Source: Candidatus Rifleibacteriota bacterium (GTDB lineage: Bacteria; Muiribacteriota; Ozemobacteria; Ozemobacterales; Ozemobacteraceae). From it: a DNA stretch of 64,000 nucleotides. The notes beneath the pieces are model-generated. The model did no database searches and was not told where the DNA came from. It saw nothing but the letters and a program-made list of their open reading frames with translations. Each line of letters starts with the position of its first letter. Position 1 is the stretch's first letter. The DNA lies in the NCBI GenBank assembly GCA_012517355.1, contig JAAYVD010000172.1, positions 64,081-128,080 of the forward strand, in the 5' to 3' direction. The translations under genes were made by a program, and so were the position numbers. Positions 35,509 through 45,706 of the stretch are shown here, piece after piece.

Positions 35509-36855
35509 ATGAATCGCGAAATTGACATTCTGACCATCGAGGTCGGCAGCACCATCACCAAGGCCAACGGGTTCGTGCGGGCAGCCGACGGTCTCCTGCA
35601 GCATGTCGCGCAGGGGTTCGCCCCCACTTCCATCGCCCAGGGCGACGTGGAGATCGGGGTGCGCGGCGCCCTGGCCGAACTGCAGCACACCTCGCGCCGC
35701 CGCCAGGAAGGCGCCGAGGTCTTCGTCAACAGCTCGGCCGCCGGCGGCCTGCGCATGACCGTCCACGGCCTGACCTACAACATGACCGCCCGCGCCGCCC
35801 GCGAGGCCAGCCTGGGCGCCGGCGCCATCGTCAAGCTGGTGACGGCCGGCCGCCTGGCTGCCTCCGACCTGGCCGAGATCCGGCGCCTGCAGCCCAACAT
35901 CATCCTGCTCGCCGGCGGGGTCGACTTCGGCGCCCGGGAGGTCGTCCTCGACAACGCGGCCGACCTCGCCGCCGCCCGCCTCGGCGTGCCCGTCATCTAC
36001 GCCGGCAACGCCGCCCTCGTCGATACCGTCCGGGAGTTCTTCGCCGGGACCGGCAGCGAGGTGCTGGTGGCGCCCAACGTCTTTCCCGACGTCGACGTGC
36101 TCAACGTCGACCCCTTGCGCAAGATCATCCAGGAGGCCTTCGCCCGCCACATCATCCACGCCCCGGGCATGGAAAAACTGCAGCAGCTCACCTCCCGGCC
36201 GGTGCTGCCCACGCCCGGAGCCGTGCTGAAGGCGGCCGAGATCTTCGCCGAGGCGATGGGCGACGTCGTCGTCCTCGACGTCGGCGGCGCCACCACCGAC
36301 GTCCACTCGGTGACCGAGGGCAGCCCGGCGTTCGCCGACAAGCTGACCGACCCCGAGCCGCGCGCCAAGCGCACGGTCGAGGGCGACCTGGGGGTGTTCG
36401 TCAACGCCCGGCACATCTTCGACCTGACCGCCGACGCCCAGTGGCAGGCCCGGGCCGAGGAGGTGCGCGCCATGCCCGCCACCGGACGCGAGCGCGAGGT
36501 CACCCGCTGGCTGTGCGCCCGCGCCGTCGAGGCGGGGATGCGCCGGCACGCCGGCACGCTGCACGACCTGTATACACCGTCGGGCCGCAAACAGATCGTG
36601 CGTGGCAAAGACCTGACCGCGGTGAAGTGGGTGATCGGCACCGGCGGGGCCTTGACCCGCGTCGAGGGAGGCGAAGCCATCCTGCGGGCGATGTGCACCG
36701 GGCCCGGCAAGTTCCTGCTCCCCCAGCCGGAGGCGAAGGTGCTGCTCGACCGGCAGTATCTGTTTTCGGCGATGGGTACCATTGCCGACGCTTGCCGCGA
36801 CGAGGTGCGCACTCTGTTCACCCGCTGGTCCGGGGAGAACGGGGGAAGGCGGTGA
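35509..36855 (+). CDS. GlmL/MutL-type B12-mutase reactivating factor (ornithine cluster)
   Basis: EVGSTITK, SSAAGGLRM, LAGGVDFG, PTPGAV, DVGGATTDVHS, KRTVEGDLG and GTGGALTR motifs. Confidence 0.9.
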   Translation: MNREIDILTIEVGSTITKANGFVRAADGLLQHVAQGFAPTSIAQGDVEIGVRGALAELQHTSRRRQEGAEVFVNSSAAGGLRMTVHGLTYNMTARAAREASLGAGAIVKLVTAGRLAASDLAEIRRLQPNIILLAGGVDFGAREVVLDNAADLAAARLGVPVIYAGNAALVDTVREFFAGTGSEVLVAPNVFPDVDVLNVDPLRKIIQEAFARHIIHAPGMEKLQQLTSRPVLPTPGAVLKAAEIFAEAMGDVVVLDVGGATTDVHSVTEGSPAFADKLTDPEPRAKRTVEGDLGVFVNARHIFDLTADAQWQARAEEVRAMPATGREREVTRWLCARAVEAGMRRHAGTLHDLYTPSGRKQIVRGKDLTAVKWVIGTGGALTRVEGGEAILRAMCTGPGKFLLPQPEAKVLLDRQYLFSAMGTIADACRDEVRTLFTRWSGENGGRR

Positions 36856-36881
36856 GCCGGTTCCCTTGGGAACCGAGGAGC

Positions 36882-36923
36882 AGGGGAATGGGTGAATCGG
36901 GGGAAGGGGCGAGCGGGGCCGGC
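36882..36923. repeat. Left arm of 42-bp imperfect inverted repeat flanking the Thg1-like gene
   Basis: Reverse complement matches 38017-38058 at 38 of 42 positions. Confidence 0.75.
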
Positions 36924-37018
36924 AGCAGGCAAAGGGCGACAGAGCCTTTGGCGGGGAAAATTCTTTTTTTTCGTTCAGATCGGAAAAAACGGTGACTTCC
37001 TGTCGGAGGCCTGGAACG

Positions 37019-37786
37019 ATGAAATTTGACGAACTCGACGCCCGGATGCGGGTGTTCGAAACCTCGCTGGACCAGCACATCGTCCCCGGGATCTTCGTGG
37101 TCGTGCGGCTCGACGGGCGGTCGTTCACCCGGCTGACCAAGGAGACCTCCGGATTCGAGGCCCCATTCGACGTCCGGTTCCGGGACCTGATGATCCACAC
37201 GACCCGGCACCTCATGCATTGCGGCTTCAACGTCGTCTTCGGATACACGCAGAGCGACGAGATCTCCCTGCTGTTCCCGCCCGCGGAAACCCTGTTCGAA
37301 CGCAAGGTCCGCAAGATCCTCTCGATCCTGGCAGGCGAAGCCAGCGCGGCCTTCTCGCTGAAGCTCGGCGCCATCGGGGTCTTCGATGCCCGCATCTGCC
37401 AGTTGCCCACCGGGGACCTGGTCGCCGACTACTTCCGGTGGCGAAGTGAGGATGCCGGCCGGAACTGTTTGAACAGCCATTGCTACTGGCTCCTGCGGAA
37501 AACCGGGGTGTCGGGGAGCAAGGCCTTCCAGCAACTGGCAGGGCTGTCCGTCAGGGAGAAGAACGAATTTCTTTTTCGCCACGACATCAACTACAATGAC
37601 CTTCCCTCCTGGCAGAAGCGCGGAACGGGCCTCTACTGGGAGGAATACCGGAAGAAAGGGTTCAACCCGATGACCAGGCAGGAAGTCGAAGCCACCCGTC
37701 GACGCCTCAAGGTCGACCTGGAACTGCCGATGAAACAGGATTTCGAACGGTTGATCCGCCGCCTGCTGAAAGATCATGGCTGCTAG
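37019..37786 (+). CDS. Thg1-like protein (tRNA-His guanylyltransferase family 3'-5' polymerase)
   Basis: VVRLDGRSF, YTQSDEISL, FDAR, YF.WR..DA.RN.LN and INYNDLP.WQKRG motifs; GGAGG RBS. Confidence 0.93.
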   Translation: MKFDELDARMRVFETSLDQHIVPGIFVVVRLDGRSFTRLTKETSGFEAPFDVRFRDLMIHTTRHLMHCGFNVVFGYTQSDEISLLFPPAETLFERKVRKILSILAGEASAAFSLKLGAIGVFDARICQLPTGDLVADYFRWRSEDAGRNCLNSHCYWLLRKTGVSGSKAFQQLAGLSVREKNEFLFRHDINYNDLPSWQKRGTGLYWEEYRKKGFNPMTRQEVEATRRRLKVDLELPMKQDFERLIRRLLKDHGC

Positions 37787-38016
37787 GCAACCAATCACCC
37801 CCACCGGACGCCCCTTCCCAGGGCCTTCCCGTCGTTCGCCCTTTCCCTTTTTTCCGCTGGCGCGCCCCGCCGCACCCGCTCCCCTTCCTCTGGATCCTCT
37901 TTCCGGAATGCGGCCCGCTCCTTACGCCTCGGCCGTTACTGTTCCGGTCCCGTTTTTTCCCTTTCTCCCAGTCCTGCCGGTGCATCCAGGCCGGCTCCCG
38001 GTCTCCCCTCGTTTCG

Positions 38017-38058
38017 GCCGGCCCCGCTCGCCCCTTCTCCCGCTTCCCCCTTTCCCCT
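38017..38058. repeat. Right arm of 42-bp imperfect inverted repeat
   Basis: GCCGGCCCCGCTCGCCCCTTCTCCCGCTTCCCCCTTTCCCCT, complementary to 36882-36923. Confidence 0.75.
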
Positions 38059-38155
38059 CTGCCCGGGCCCCCGTCCCCAAAGTTCGGGCCACCCCGCCAT
38101 GCAACCTCGCTCCAGAACCCCTTGCCTTCCACTCATCCTTCGCCTCCGGAGGTCG

Positions 38156-39241
38156 ATGATGTTCAACCGCACCCCCCGCCTCGAAATCTACCAGGACCGC
38201 ATCTGCGACAACGCCCGAGCCATTGCCAGGCTCTGCCATGAGCACGGGGCGCAGCTCGCCTGCGTCACCAAGGTCTCCGCCGCCCACCCCTCGGTGGCCG
38301 AGGCCATGATCCAGGCCGGCTCTGACATGCTCGCCGACTCGCGGGTCGCCAACCTGTGGGCCCTGCGTGGCCTGGGCTTCCGCGTCCCCCTGATGCTGCT
38401 GCGCCTGCCCGCCCCCTCCGAGGCCTACGAGGTGGTCCAGGCCGCCGACTACAGCCTGAACTCCGGCCTGCCGACCCTGCGCGCCCTCTCCGAGGCCGCC
38501 CGCGCGCAGCGGGTCGTCCACAAGGTCATCCTCATGATCGACGTCGGCGACCTGCGCGAAGGCGTCTGGCCCGACCGCGCCGTCGAAGTGGTGAAGACCG
38601 CCCGGGACCTGCCCAACCTCGAAGTGGCAGGCCTCGGCTGCAACCTCGCCTGCTACGGCGGCGTGATCCCTTCCGTCGAAAACATGCTCAAGCTGGTCCA
38701 GGTCCGCGACCTCTGTCGCCGCGAAACCGGGCTTCCCCTCAACCTCCTGTCCGGCGGCAACAGTTCCGGGTTGCCCCTGCTCGCCTCGGGGAAGATGCCC
38801 AAGGAGATCAACCACTTCCGCGTCGGCGAGGCGATCCTGCTCGGCCGCAACGTCATCGACCGCTCCCCCTTCCCCGGCACCCGCCAGGATACCGTGATCG
38901 GGGTCGGCCAGGTCATCGAACTGGAGCGCAAACCCTCGATCCCCATCGGAGACCGCGGCCAGGACGCCTTCGGCGGCACCACCTCCTTCGTCGACCGCGG
39001 AGTCCGGTGGCGCGCCATCTGCAACCTCGGCCGCCAGGACGTGGTGGTCGACGGCATCGCCCCCGTCGATCCGCGGGTCATCGTGCTGGGCGGATCGAGC
39101 GACCACCTGCTCGTCGACGTCGAGGACGTCACGCCCCATCTCGAAGTGGGAGGCGAGATCGCCTTCTACCCGGGCTACGGCGCCCTGTTGGCCCTGTCGA
39201 CCTCGCCCTACGTCCACAAGTTCGTGATCCGGGGGAAATGA
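38156..39241 (+). CDS. orr: Ornithine racemase (Orr/YhfX-type PLP racemase)
   Basis: VTK, ADSR..N, D.GDLREG, NLACYGG, SGGNSS, DAFG and GGSSDH motifs, plus ornithine-cluster context. Confidence 0.85.
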   Translation: MMFNRTPRLEIYQDRICDNARAIARLCHEHGAQLACVTKVSAAHPSVAEAMIQAGSDMLADSRVANLWALRGLGFRVPLMLLRLPAPSEAYEVVQAADYSLNSGLPTLRALSEAARAQRVVHKVILMIDVGDLREGVWPDRAVEVVKTARDLPNLEVAGLGCNLACYGGVIPSVENMLKLVQVRDLCRRETGLPLNLLSGGNSSGLPLLASGKMPKEINHFRVGEAILLGRNVIDRSPFPGTRQDTVIGVGQVIELERKPSIPIGDRGQDAFGGTTSFVDRGVRWRAICNLGRQDVVVDGIAPVDPRVIVLGGSSDHLLVDVEDVTPHLEVGGEIAFYPGYGALLALSTSPYVHKFVIRGK

Positions 39242-40368
39242 CCATGCTGTACCAGACCCACGCCCGCGTCCACCTGCAGAACATCCGGTTCAACATCGAG
39301 GGGATCCGCGAGGCGGTCGGACCCGACCGCAAGATCCTTCTCGCCGTCAAGGCCAACGGCTACGGCCACGGCGCCGTCGAGGTCTCGCGGATGGCCGAAC
39401 GCATCGGGGTCGACTGGCTCGGAGTGGCCACCGTCCCCGAGGGCATCCAGTTGCGCGAAGCCGGCATCCGGCTGCCCATCCTGAAGTTCAGCCCCGCCTT
39501 CCCCGAGGAGATGGAAGCCGCCGTCCGGCACGCAATCGCGCTCTCCGTCTGCGATGCCGCCAACATCGCCGAACTCGAGGCGGTGGCCGGCCGGCTCGAC
39601 CAGCGGGTGGCGGTCCATCTCAAGGTCGACAGCGGCATGGGCCGCATCGGGGTGGCTTGCGAGCAGGCCCCCGACATGGCGGCCACGATCGAGAAACGCT
39701 GCCCCCACCTGTTCCTGGAAGGGGTGTTCACCCACCTGCCGGTCAGCGACGAATTGAACAAGATGTTCACCCAGCGCCAGGTGGCCGCTTTCAAAAAGAC
39801 CGTCGACACGATCGAAAGCCAGATCGGCCGCAAGATCCCCCTGGTGCACGCGGCCAACTCCGGCGGCATCCTCGCCCACCCGGAATCCTGGCTGAACATG
39901 GTGCGGCCGGGCATCATGCTGTACGGGTTCTACCCGTCCCACGAGACGCCGCAGACCGTCCCGCTCAAGCCGGGGCTCTCCTTCCTGACCCGCGTCTCCT
40001 TCCTGAAACAGGTGAAGGCCGGCACCTCGATCGGCTACGGCCGCAGCTGGATCGCCCCCGAAGACACCTGGATCGCCACTTTCCCGGCCGGCTATGCCGA
40101 CGGGTTCAACCGGCTGTTTTCGAACAAGGGCCGGGTTCTCATCAATGGCCGCAGTGCTCCGGTGGTCGGCCGGGTCTGCATGGACCAGAGCATGGCGAAC
40201 CTCGGGCCCGAAACGGACGTGAAGGTGGGCGACGAGGTCGTTCTCATCGGCCAGTCGGGAACCGAAAGCATCTCCGCCTACGAGTGGGCCGGCGCGCTGG
40301 GAACGATCACCTACGAGGTGACCTGCCAGATCAACGCCCGCGTTCCACGGGTGTACGATCCCTACTGA
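39238..40368 (+). CDS. alr: Alanine racemase
   Basis: AVKANGYGHG, KVDSGMGRIG, HAANSG, VRPGIMLYG, GYADG, GRVCMDQ and GTITYE motifs; ATGA overlap with orr. Confidence 0.95.
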   Translation: MTMLYQTHARVHLQNIRFNIEGIREAVGPDRKILLAVKANGYGHGAVEVSRMAERIGVDWLGVATVPEGIQLREAGIRLPILKFSPAFPEEMEAAVRHAIALSVCDAANIAELEAVAGRLDQRVAVHLKVDSGMGRIGVACEQAPDMAATIEKRCPHLFLEGVFTHLPVSDELNKMFTQRQVAAFKKTVDTIESQIGRKIPLVHAANSGGILAHPESWLNMVRPGIMLYGFYPSHETPQTVPLKPGLSFLTRVSFLKQVKAGTSIGYGRSWIAPEDTWIATFPAGYADGFNRLFSNKGRVLINGRSAPVVGRVCMDQSMANLGPETDVKVGDEVVLIGQSGTESISAYEWAGALGTITYEVTCQINARVPRVYDPY

Positions 40369-40746
40369 TCTCCGCCCGGAACCCCGATGCCCGTCGGGTG
40401 AATTCCCCGGGGTCCAGGGTTTCCGGCCGCCTGAGGATTGTAGGCGCCTGCGGTAGGGGGCGGCGAAGGGCCAGATCGTCCCCCGCGATCTGGGCAACCC
40501 CTGGATGCAGGATGGGCGCGGGGTCGTCGCGACACGAGACCAGGGCGACCCACGGAGCGGGAGGCATGGGACAGGCCTGGGGCGGGATGACCCCCTGCCT
40601 TCCCTCCCGGGTTCCCAACCCCTTTTCACCACTTCCCAACTTCCTGCTCCCACCCCACCCAAGGATGCCACTTCGCCACCTCCCCATCCCCCGATTCCAT
40701 TTTCCCCCATCGCCACTCCCCACTCCCCACTCCCCTGAATCTTTCA

Positions 40747-40775
40747 TTGACTCGGGGGGGCATGGGCTATACAAT
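40747..40775 (+). promoter_or_regulatory. sigma70 promoter for tldD-tldE
   Basis: TTGACT-17nt-TACAAT. Confidence 0.75.
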
Positions 40776-40802
40776 CCCAACCAATTCACCATGGGGTAGG
40801 AA

Positions 40803-42239
40803 ATGAAAGATCAACTGCTGAAGATCGTGGATTATGCCCGGTCGCTCGGGGCGCAGTATGCCGACGTCCGGTTCATCCACGAGGAGAACGAGATCCTGAC
40901 CGTGAAGAACGGCCGGGTCGAGGGTATTTCCAAGATCGATGACGAAGGGTTCGGCGTCCGGGTCCTGATCGACGGCGCCTGGGGATTCAGTTCCGGACCG
41001 TCGCTTCCGCTCTGGGAGCGCATCGTCCGCGAGGCGGTGGAGGTGGCCCGCTGCTCCGGGCTGGCCCGCAAGGAAGGCGGCATCCGGTTCCCCGCCGCCT
41101 CCGCCGTCACCGACCACTACCGGACCCCGTTCGTCGAGGACCCCTTCGCCCTCCCGCTCGAAGAGAAGCTGGCCCTGATGATGAAGGCCGACGCCGCGGC
41201 CCGCCAGGTTCCCGACCTCAAGGTGGTCCGCACCTCCCTCGGCTTCCTGCGCATCGACAAGCACTTCGCCAGCACCGAAGGGTCCTACATCCACCAGGAA
41301 CTGATGGAGTCCGGCGGCGGCATCGAGTGCACCGCGATCGGCAACGGCGAGGTGCAGAAGCGCAGCTATCCGAATTCCTTCGGCCGCCAGCAGCTGACCG
41401 GCGGGTTCGAGCACATCCGTGCCATGGACCTGCCCGGCCATGCGCACCGCATCGCCGAGGAGGCCCGGGCGTTGCTGACCGCCCCCACCTGCCCGGCCGG
41501 CACCACCACCATCATCCTCGACCCCACCCAGCTGGCCCTGCAGATCCACGAATCGTGTGGCCACGCGGTCGAGCTCGACCGCGCCCTGGGCATGGAGGCC
41601 AGCTACGCCGGAACCTCCTTCCTGACGCCCGACAAGGCCGGCCGGTTCCGCTACGGGTCCGACCTCGTCAACCTCTACCAGGACGGCACCGTCCGCAACG
41701 GGCTGGGCACCTTCGGCTACGACGACGACGGCATGCCCGCCTGCCGCACCGACATCGTGAAGAACGGACAGTTCGTCGGCTACCTGTCGAACCGCGAGAC
41801 GGCCGCCGAGATCGGCCATGCCACCAGTGCCGCCAACCGCGCCTGCAGCTGGAACCGCATCCCCATCGTGCGCATGACCAACGTCAACCTCGCCCCCGGC
41901 ACCTGGGCCTTCGACGACCTGGTCGCCGACACCAGGGAGGGCCTCTACCTGGTCACCAACAAGTCCTGGTCGATCGACGACAAGCGGCTCAACTTCCAGT
42001 TCGGCACCGAACTGGCCTACGAAATCAAGGACGGAAAGCTGGGCCGCATGCTGAAGAACGCCACCTACACCGGCATCACCCCCGAGTTCTGGGCCAACTG
42101 CGATGCCATCTGCAACGAGAAGCACTGGGGCCTGTGGGGAACCCCCAACTGCGGCAAGGGCGAGCCCTCCCAGATCGCCCACGTCGGGCACGGCTGCGCC
42201 CCGGCCCGGTTCCGCAACGTGCGCGTGGGGGTGGCCTGA
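40803..42239 (+). CDS. tldD: TldD metalloprotease subunit
   Basis: HESCGH..E.DR, YDDDG, RMTN and C-terminal CGKG.P.Q...VGHG motifs. Confidence 0.92.
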   Translation: MKDQLLKIVDYARSLGAQYADVRFIHEENEILTVKNGRVEGISKIDDEGFGVRVLIDGAWGFSSGPSLPLWERIVREAVEVARCSGLARKEGGIRFPAASAVTDHYRTPFVEDPFALPLEEKLALMMKADAAARQVPDLKVVRTSLGFLRIDKHFASTEGSYIHQELMESGGGIECTAIGNGEVQKRSYPNSFGRQQLTGGFEHIRAMDLPGHAHRIAEEARALLTAPTCPAGTTTIILDPTQLALQIHESCGHAVELDRALGMEASYAGTSFLTPDKAGRFRYGSDLVNLYQDGTVRNGLGTFGYDDDGMPACRTDIVKNGQFVGYLSNRETAAEIGHATSAANRACSWNRIPIVRMTNVNLAPGTWAFDDLVADTREGLYLVTNKSWSIDDKRLNFQFGTELAYEIKDGKLGRMLKNATYTGITPEFWANCDAICNEKHWGLWGTPNCGKGEPSQIAHVGHGCAPARFRNVRVGVA

Positions 42240-43582
42240 TGCTCGGCAAGGAACGCTGCGAACAGGTCCTGAAGGAAACCCTGCAGGCCGCCCGCCCGGC
42301 CGACGAGGCCGAGGTGCTGGTGATGACCAACGAGAGCGGGCTGACCCGCTTCGCCGAGAACTCCATCCACCAGAACGTCGTGGAGCGCAACGCCCAGGCG
42401 TTCGTCCGGGTGGTGCTCGGCAAAAAGCTCGGCCACGCCAGCACCAACCGCGTCGATGCCGACGGGCTGCGGCAGATGATCGAACGCGCCCTCCAGATCG
42501 CCCGCCTGTCCGAAGACAACCCCGACTTCGGCGGCCTGCCCGACGACGGCCGCCCGGTGCCCGTCATCGACGTCTTCCGCCCGTCCACCGAACGGTACAC
42601 CCCGCGCCGCCGGGCCGAGGCGGTGGCCCGCCTGATCGGCGCCTGCCGCGGCAAGGGCCTGCGCGCCTCGGGCGCCTTCGAGACCGGCCTGCGCGAGTTC
42701 GGGGTGGCCAACTCGAAAGGCATCTTCCGCTACCAGCCCGCCACCACGGCCGACTTCAACACCGTCGTGATGTCCGACGACAGCTCGGGCGTGGCCAACG
42801 CCAGCGCCCTCGACGTGCACGAGCTCGACGTCGACGCCCTCGCCGCCGAGGCCATCGACAAGGCCGAGCGCAGCCGGTATCCGATCGACCTGCCGGCCGG
42901 CGACTACCCGGTGGTGCTCGAGGAATACGCCGTCGCCAACCTCGTCGGCTTCCTCGGCTACCTGGGGTTCAACGGCACCGCCTTCCGCGAGGGCCGCAGC
43001 TTCCTCAACGAGAAACGCGGCCAGCTGGTCGCCGCGCCCGCCGTCTCGATCTGGGACGACGGCCTCGATCCGCGCGGGCTGGCCCAGCCGTTCGACTTCG
43101 AAGGCGTGCCCAAGCAGCGGGTCGACCTGATCAAGGCCGGCGTGGCCGGCGACCCCGTCTGGGACTCCTACAACGCCCGCCTGGCCGGGGTGCCCAACAC
43201 CGGCCATGCCCTTCCCGCCCCCAACTCCTTCGGGCCGATCCCGCTCAACGTCTTCATGGCCCCCGGCCCCACCCCCAAGGCCGACCTCGCCAAAGGCATC
43301 GCCCGGGGCGTCTGGGTCACCCGGTTCCACTACGTGAACCCGCTTCAGCCCAAAAAAACCCTGCTGACCGGCATGACCCGCGATGGCACCTTCCTCATCG
43401 AGAACGGGCAGGTGACCCGCGGCGTCAAGAACATGCGGTTCACCGCCTCCATCCTCGACGCCCTCAGCCGGGTCGAGGCGGTCGGTTCCTCCACCCGCTG
43501 CTCCATCAACTCCTGGGGCAGCACTTCGGTTCCCGCGCTGCGGGTCGGGTCGTTCGCCTTCTCGGGCGTCACCCAATTCTGA
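42239..43582 (+). CDS. tldE: TldE/PmbA-family partner subunit
   Basis: TRFAENSIHQN, FDFEG and TGMTRDG motifs; lacks HExxxH; TGATG coupling to tldD. Confidence 0.88.
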   Translation: MLGKERCEQVLKETLQAARPADEAEVLVMTNESGLTRFAENSIHQNVVERNAQAFVRVVLGKKLGHASTNRVDADGLRQMIERALQIARLSEDNPDFGGLPDDGRPVPVIDVFRPSTERYTPRRRAEAVARLIGACRGKGLRASGAFETGLREFGVANSKGIFRYQPATTADFNTVVMSDDSSGVANASALDVHELDVDALAAEAIDKAERSRYPIDLPAGDYPVVLEEYAVANLVGFLGYLGFNGTAFREGRSFLNEKRGQLVAAPAVSIWDDGLDPRGLAQPFDFEGVPKQRVDLIKAGVAGDPVWDSYNARLAGVPNTGHALPAPNSFGPIPLNVFMAPGPTPKADLAKGIARGVWVTRFHYVNPLQPKKTLLTGMTRDGTFLIENGQVTRGVKNMRFTASILDALSRVEAVGSSTRCSINSWGSTSVPALRVGSFAFSGVTQF

Positions 43583-43587
43583 TCGCC

Positions 43588-44061
43588 ATGGCCAAATCAT
43601 CCAAAAATCGCATCGGCACTTCGATGGGCATCGTCACCGTCACTCCCGCACTGGTCGAAGAGGTCCGTCAGGCCCTCGGCCTGAAGACCTTCTCGCGCCC
43701 CTACGCCGTCCTGCTCGACCCCGGCGACTTCGGCACCGTCTTCACCTACCTGCCGCTCATGAACGGCGAGTATGAGAAGCTGCCCATCCCCATGCGCCGA
43801 TATGCCTACTGCATCGACAAGGGCCGGTACGGCCTGATCGGCTACCTGCCAAAGGGGTTCGAAACGCCCCGCGAGGGGAAGGTCGCCACCGTGACCGTCA
43901 CCTACAACGAGTTCCACACCGTCGTCGATCTCGCCTACACCCTCGACGAGAGCCCCGACACCACCTACCACGTGCAGCACCCCCTGCGCCGGGAGAAGCT
44001 GCTCGAGCACGCGAAGAAGAAGAAGATCCCCACCAGGTCCATGGTGCGGTCCAGCCAGTAA
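43588..44061 (+). CDS. Hypothetical protein (157 aa)
   Basis: Co-oriented ORF 5 nt after tldE with host-like GC3 codon usage. Confidence 0.7.
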   Translation: MAKSSKNRIGTSMGIVTVTPALVEEVRQALGLKTFSRPYAVLLDPGDFGTVFTYLPLMNGEYEKLPIPMRRYAYCIDKGRYGLIGYLPKGFETPREGKVATVTVTYNEFHTVVDLAYTLDESPDTTYHVQHPLRREKLLEHAKKKKIPTRSMVRSSQ

Positions 44062-44119
44062 GGGCCTTGCCGGCCCGGAAACGAGGTGCGGGGCCACCCC
44101 CGCGGAAAGGGTTTCATCG

Positions 44120-45706
44120 ATGAAGATCCACTTCCACGGGGCGGTCGGCATGGTCACCGGGTCCTGTTATCGGGTCGAGGTTGGCCAGACCCGGTTCCTC
44201 GTCGATTGCGGGATGTTCCAGGGGAACAAGACCCTGAAGGAACGGAACTACGGCGATTTCCCGTTCGACCCCGCGCAGATCGACGCGGTGCTCGTCACCC
44301 ACGCCCACATCGACCACATCGGCCTGCTGCCCAAACTGGTCAAGAAGGGGTTCCGGGGGACGATCTACGCCACGCGGCCGACCGCCGACCTGATGACCTT
44401 CATGCTGCCCGACTCGGCCCGTATCCAGGTCACCGAGGTCGCGCAGAAGAACCAGCGCAACGAGCGCAAGGGCCTGCCACCGCTCGAACCGATCTACGAC
44501 GAGGAGGACGCCGAGCGGACCCTGGCCCTGATCAAGGGGGTCGACTCCAGCGTGACGATCGGCGACTCGGTGCGGGCCGTCTTCCGGAACGCCGGCCATG
44601 TGCTGGGCTCGGCCTTCATCGAGATCACCCTGACCGAGGGCGGCCAGACCAAGAAGGTCGTCTTCTCGGGCGACCTCGGGGCGAAGGACCACCCCATCGT
44701 CGAGGACCCGGAGGTCTTCACCGAGACCGATTGTCTCCTGGTCGAATCGACCTATGGCAACCGCGTGCGCGCCGAAGAGAAGAAAAAGGACCGGCTCAAG
44801 GCCCTGGCCACCATCGTGCGCGATGCCCTGAAGAGGGGCGGGAACCTGATCATCCCCGCCTTCGCCCTTGAGCGCAGCCAGGATCTGATGCACGACCTGA
44901 TCATCCTGATGGACAACCGGGAGATCCCTTTCGCCAAGGTGATCATCGATTCGCCCCTCGCCGCCAACGCCACGAAGGTCTTCGCCCGCTACCCCGAACT
45001 GTACGACGAGGACGCCACCGCCCTCCTGAAAGCCCAGGGCAGCATCTTCGAGCATCCGAATTTCACCTTCACCCGGTCGGCCGAGGACTCCATGGCCCTC
45101 AACGGCCAGAAGGGGCTGATCATCATGTCGGCCAGCGGCATGTGCGATGCCGGCCGCATCAAGCACCACCTCAAGCACAACCTGTGGCGGCGCGAGTCGA
45201 CCGTCCTGTTCGTCGGCTACCAGGCCGAGGGCACCCTCGGCCGCCTCCTGCTCGACGGCGCCAAGGTCGTGCGCATCCACGGCGAGGAGGTTCGGGTCGA
45301 GGCCCAGATCCGAGAGATCACCGGGTATTCCGGCCACGCCGACCAGAATGGGCTCATGGAATGGATCGGATCCATCAACGCGGTGCGCGACCGGGTCTTC
45401 GTCGTCCATGGCGAGGACGACGCCCGCGCCGAACTGGCGCGCCTCATCAGGGAAAAGAAGGGCTTTTCCGTCCACGTGCCGCGCATGGGGGAATCCTTCG
45501 ACCTGCTGGCCAACGTCGCCCCGGCCCCGGCCCCGGGCCAGGCTTCGGCGGCCGGCGCTCCCGCTCCCGCCCCCGCGGTGACCCCGGCCCACGACTCCTT
45601 CAACCTCTACGCCGACCTCACCATCCGCCTCGCTGAATTCATGCGACGCGAGAAGGACGAAAGCCGCCGCCGCACCCTCCTGGAAGAGTTGCTGCGGAAA
45701 ATGTAG
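44120..45706 (+). CDS. MBL-fold beta-CASP ribonuclease (CPSF73/YSH1-like)
   Basis: VTGSC, DCGMFQG, THAHIDH.G, AGHVLGS, SGDLG, ESTYG, SASGM, SGHAD and VHGE motifs. Confidence 0.93.
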   Translation: MKIHFHGAVGMVTGSCYRVEVGQTRFLVDCGMFQGNKTLKERNYGDFPFDPAQIDAVLVTHAHIDHIGLLPKLVKKGFRGTIYATRPTADLMTFMLPDSARIQVTEVAQKNQRNERKGLPPLEPIYDEEDAERTLALIKGVDSSVTIGDSVRAVFRNAGHVLGSAFIEITLTEGGQTKKVVFSGDLGAKDHPIVEDPEVFTETDCLLVESTYGNRVRAEEKKKDRLKALATIVRDALKRGGNLIIPAFALERSQDLMHDLIILMDNREIPFAKVIIDSPLAANATKVFARYPELYDEDATALLKAQGSIFEHPNFTFTRSAEDSMALNGQKGLIIMSASGMCDAGRIKHHLKHNLWRRESTVLFVGYQAEGTLGRLLLDGAKVVRIHGEEVRVEAQIREITGYSGHADQNGLMEWIGSINAVRDRVFVVHGEDDARAELARLIREKKGFSVHVPRMGESFDLLANVAPAPAPGQASAAGAPAPAPAVTPAHDSFNLYADLTIRLAEFMRREKDESRRRTLLEELLRKM

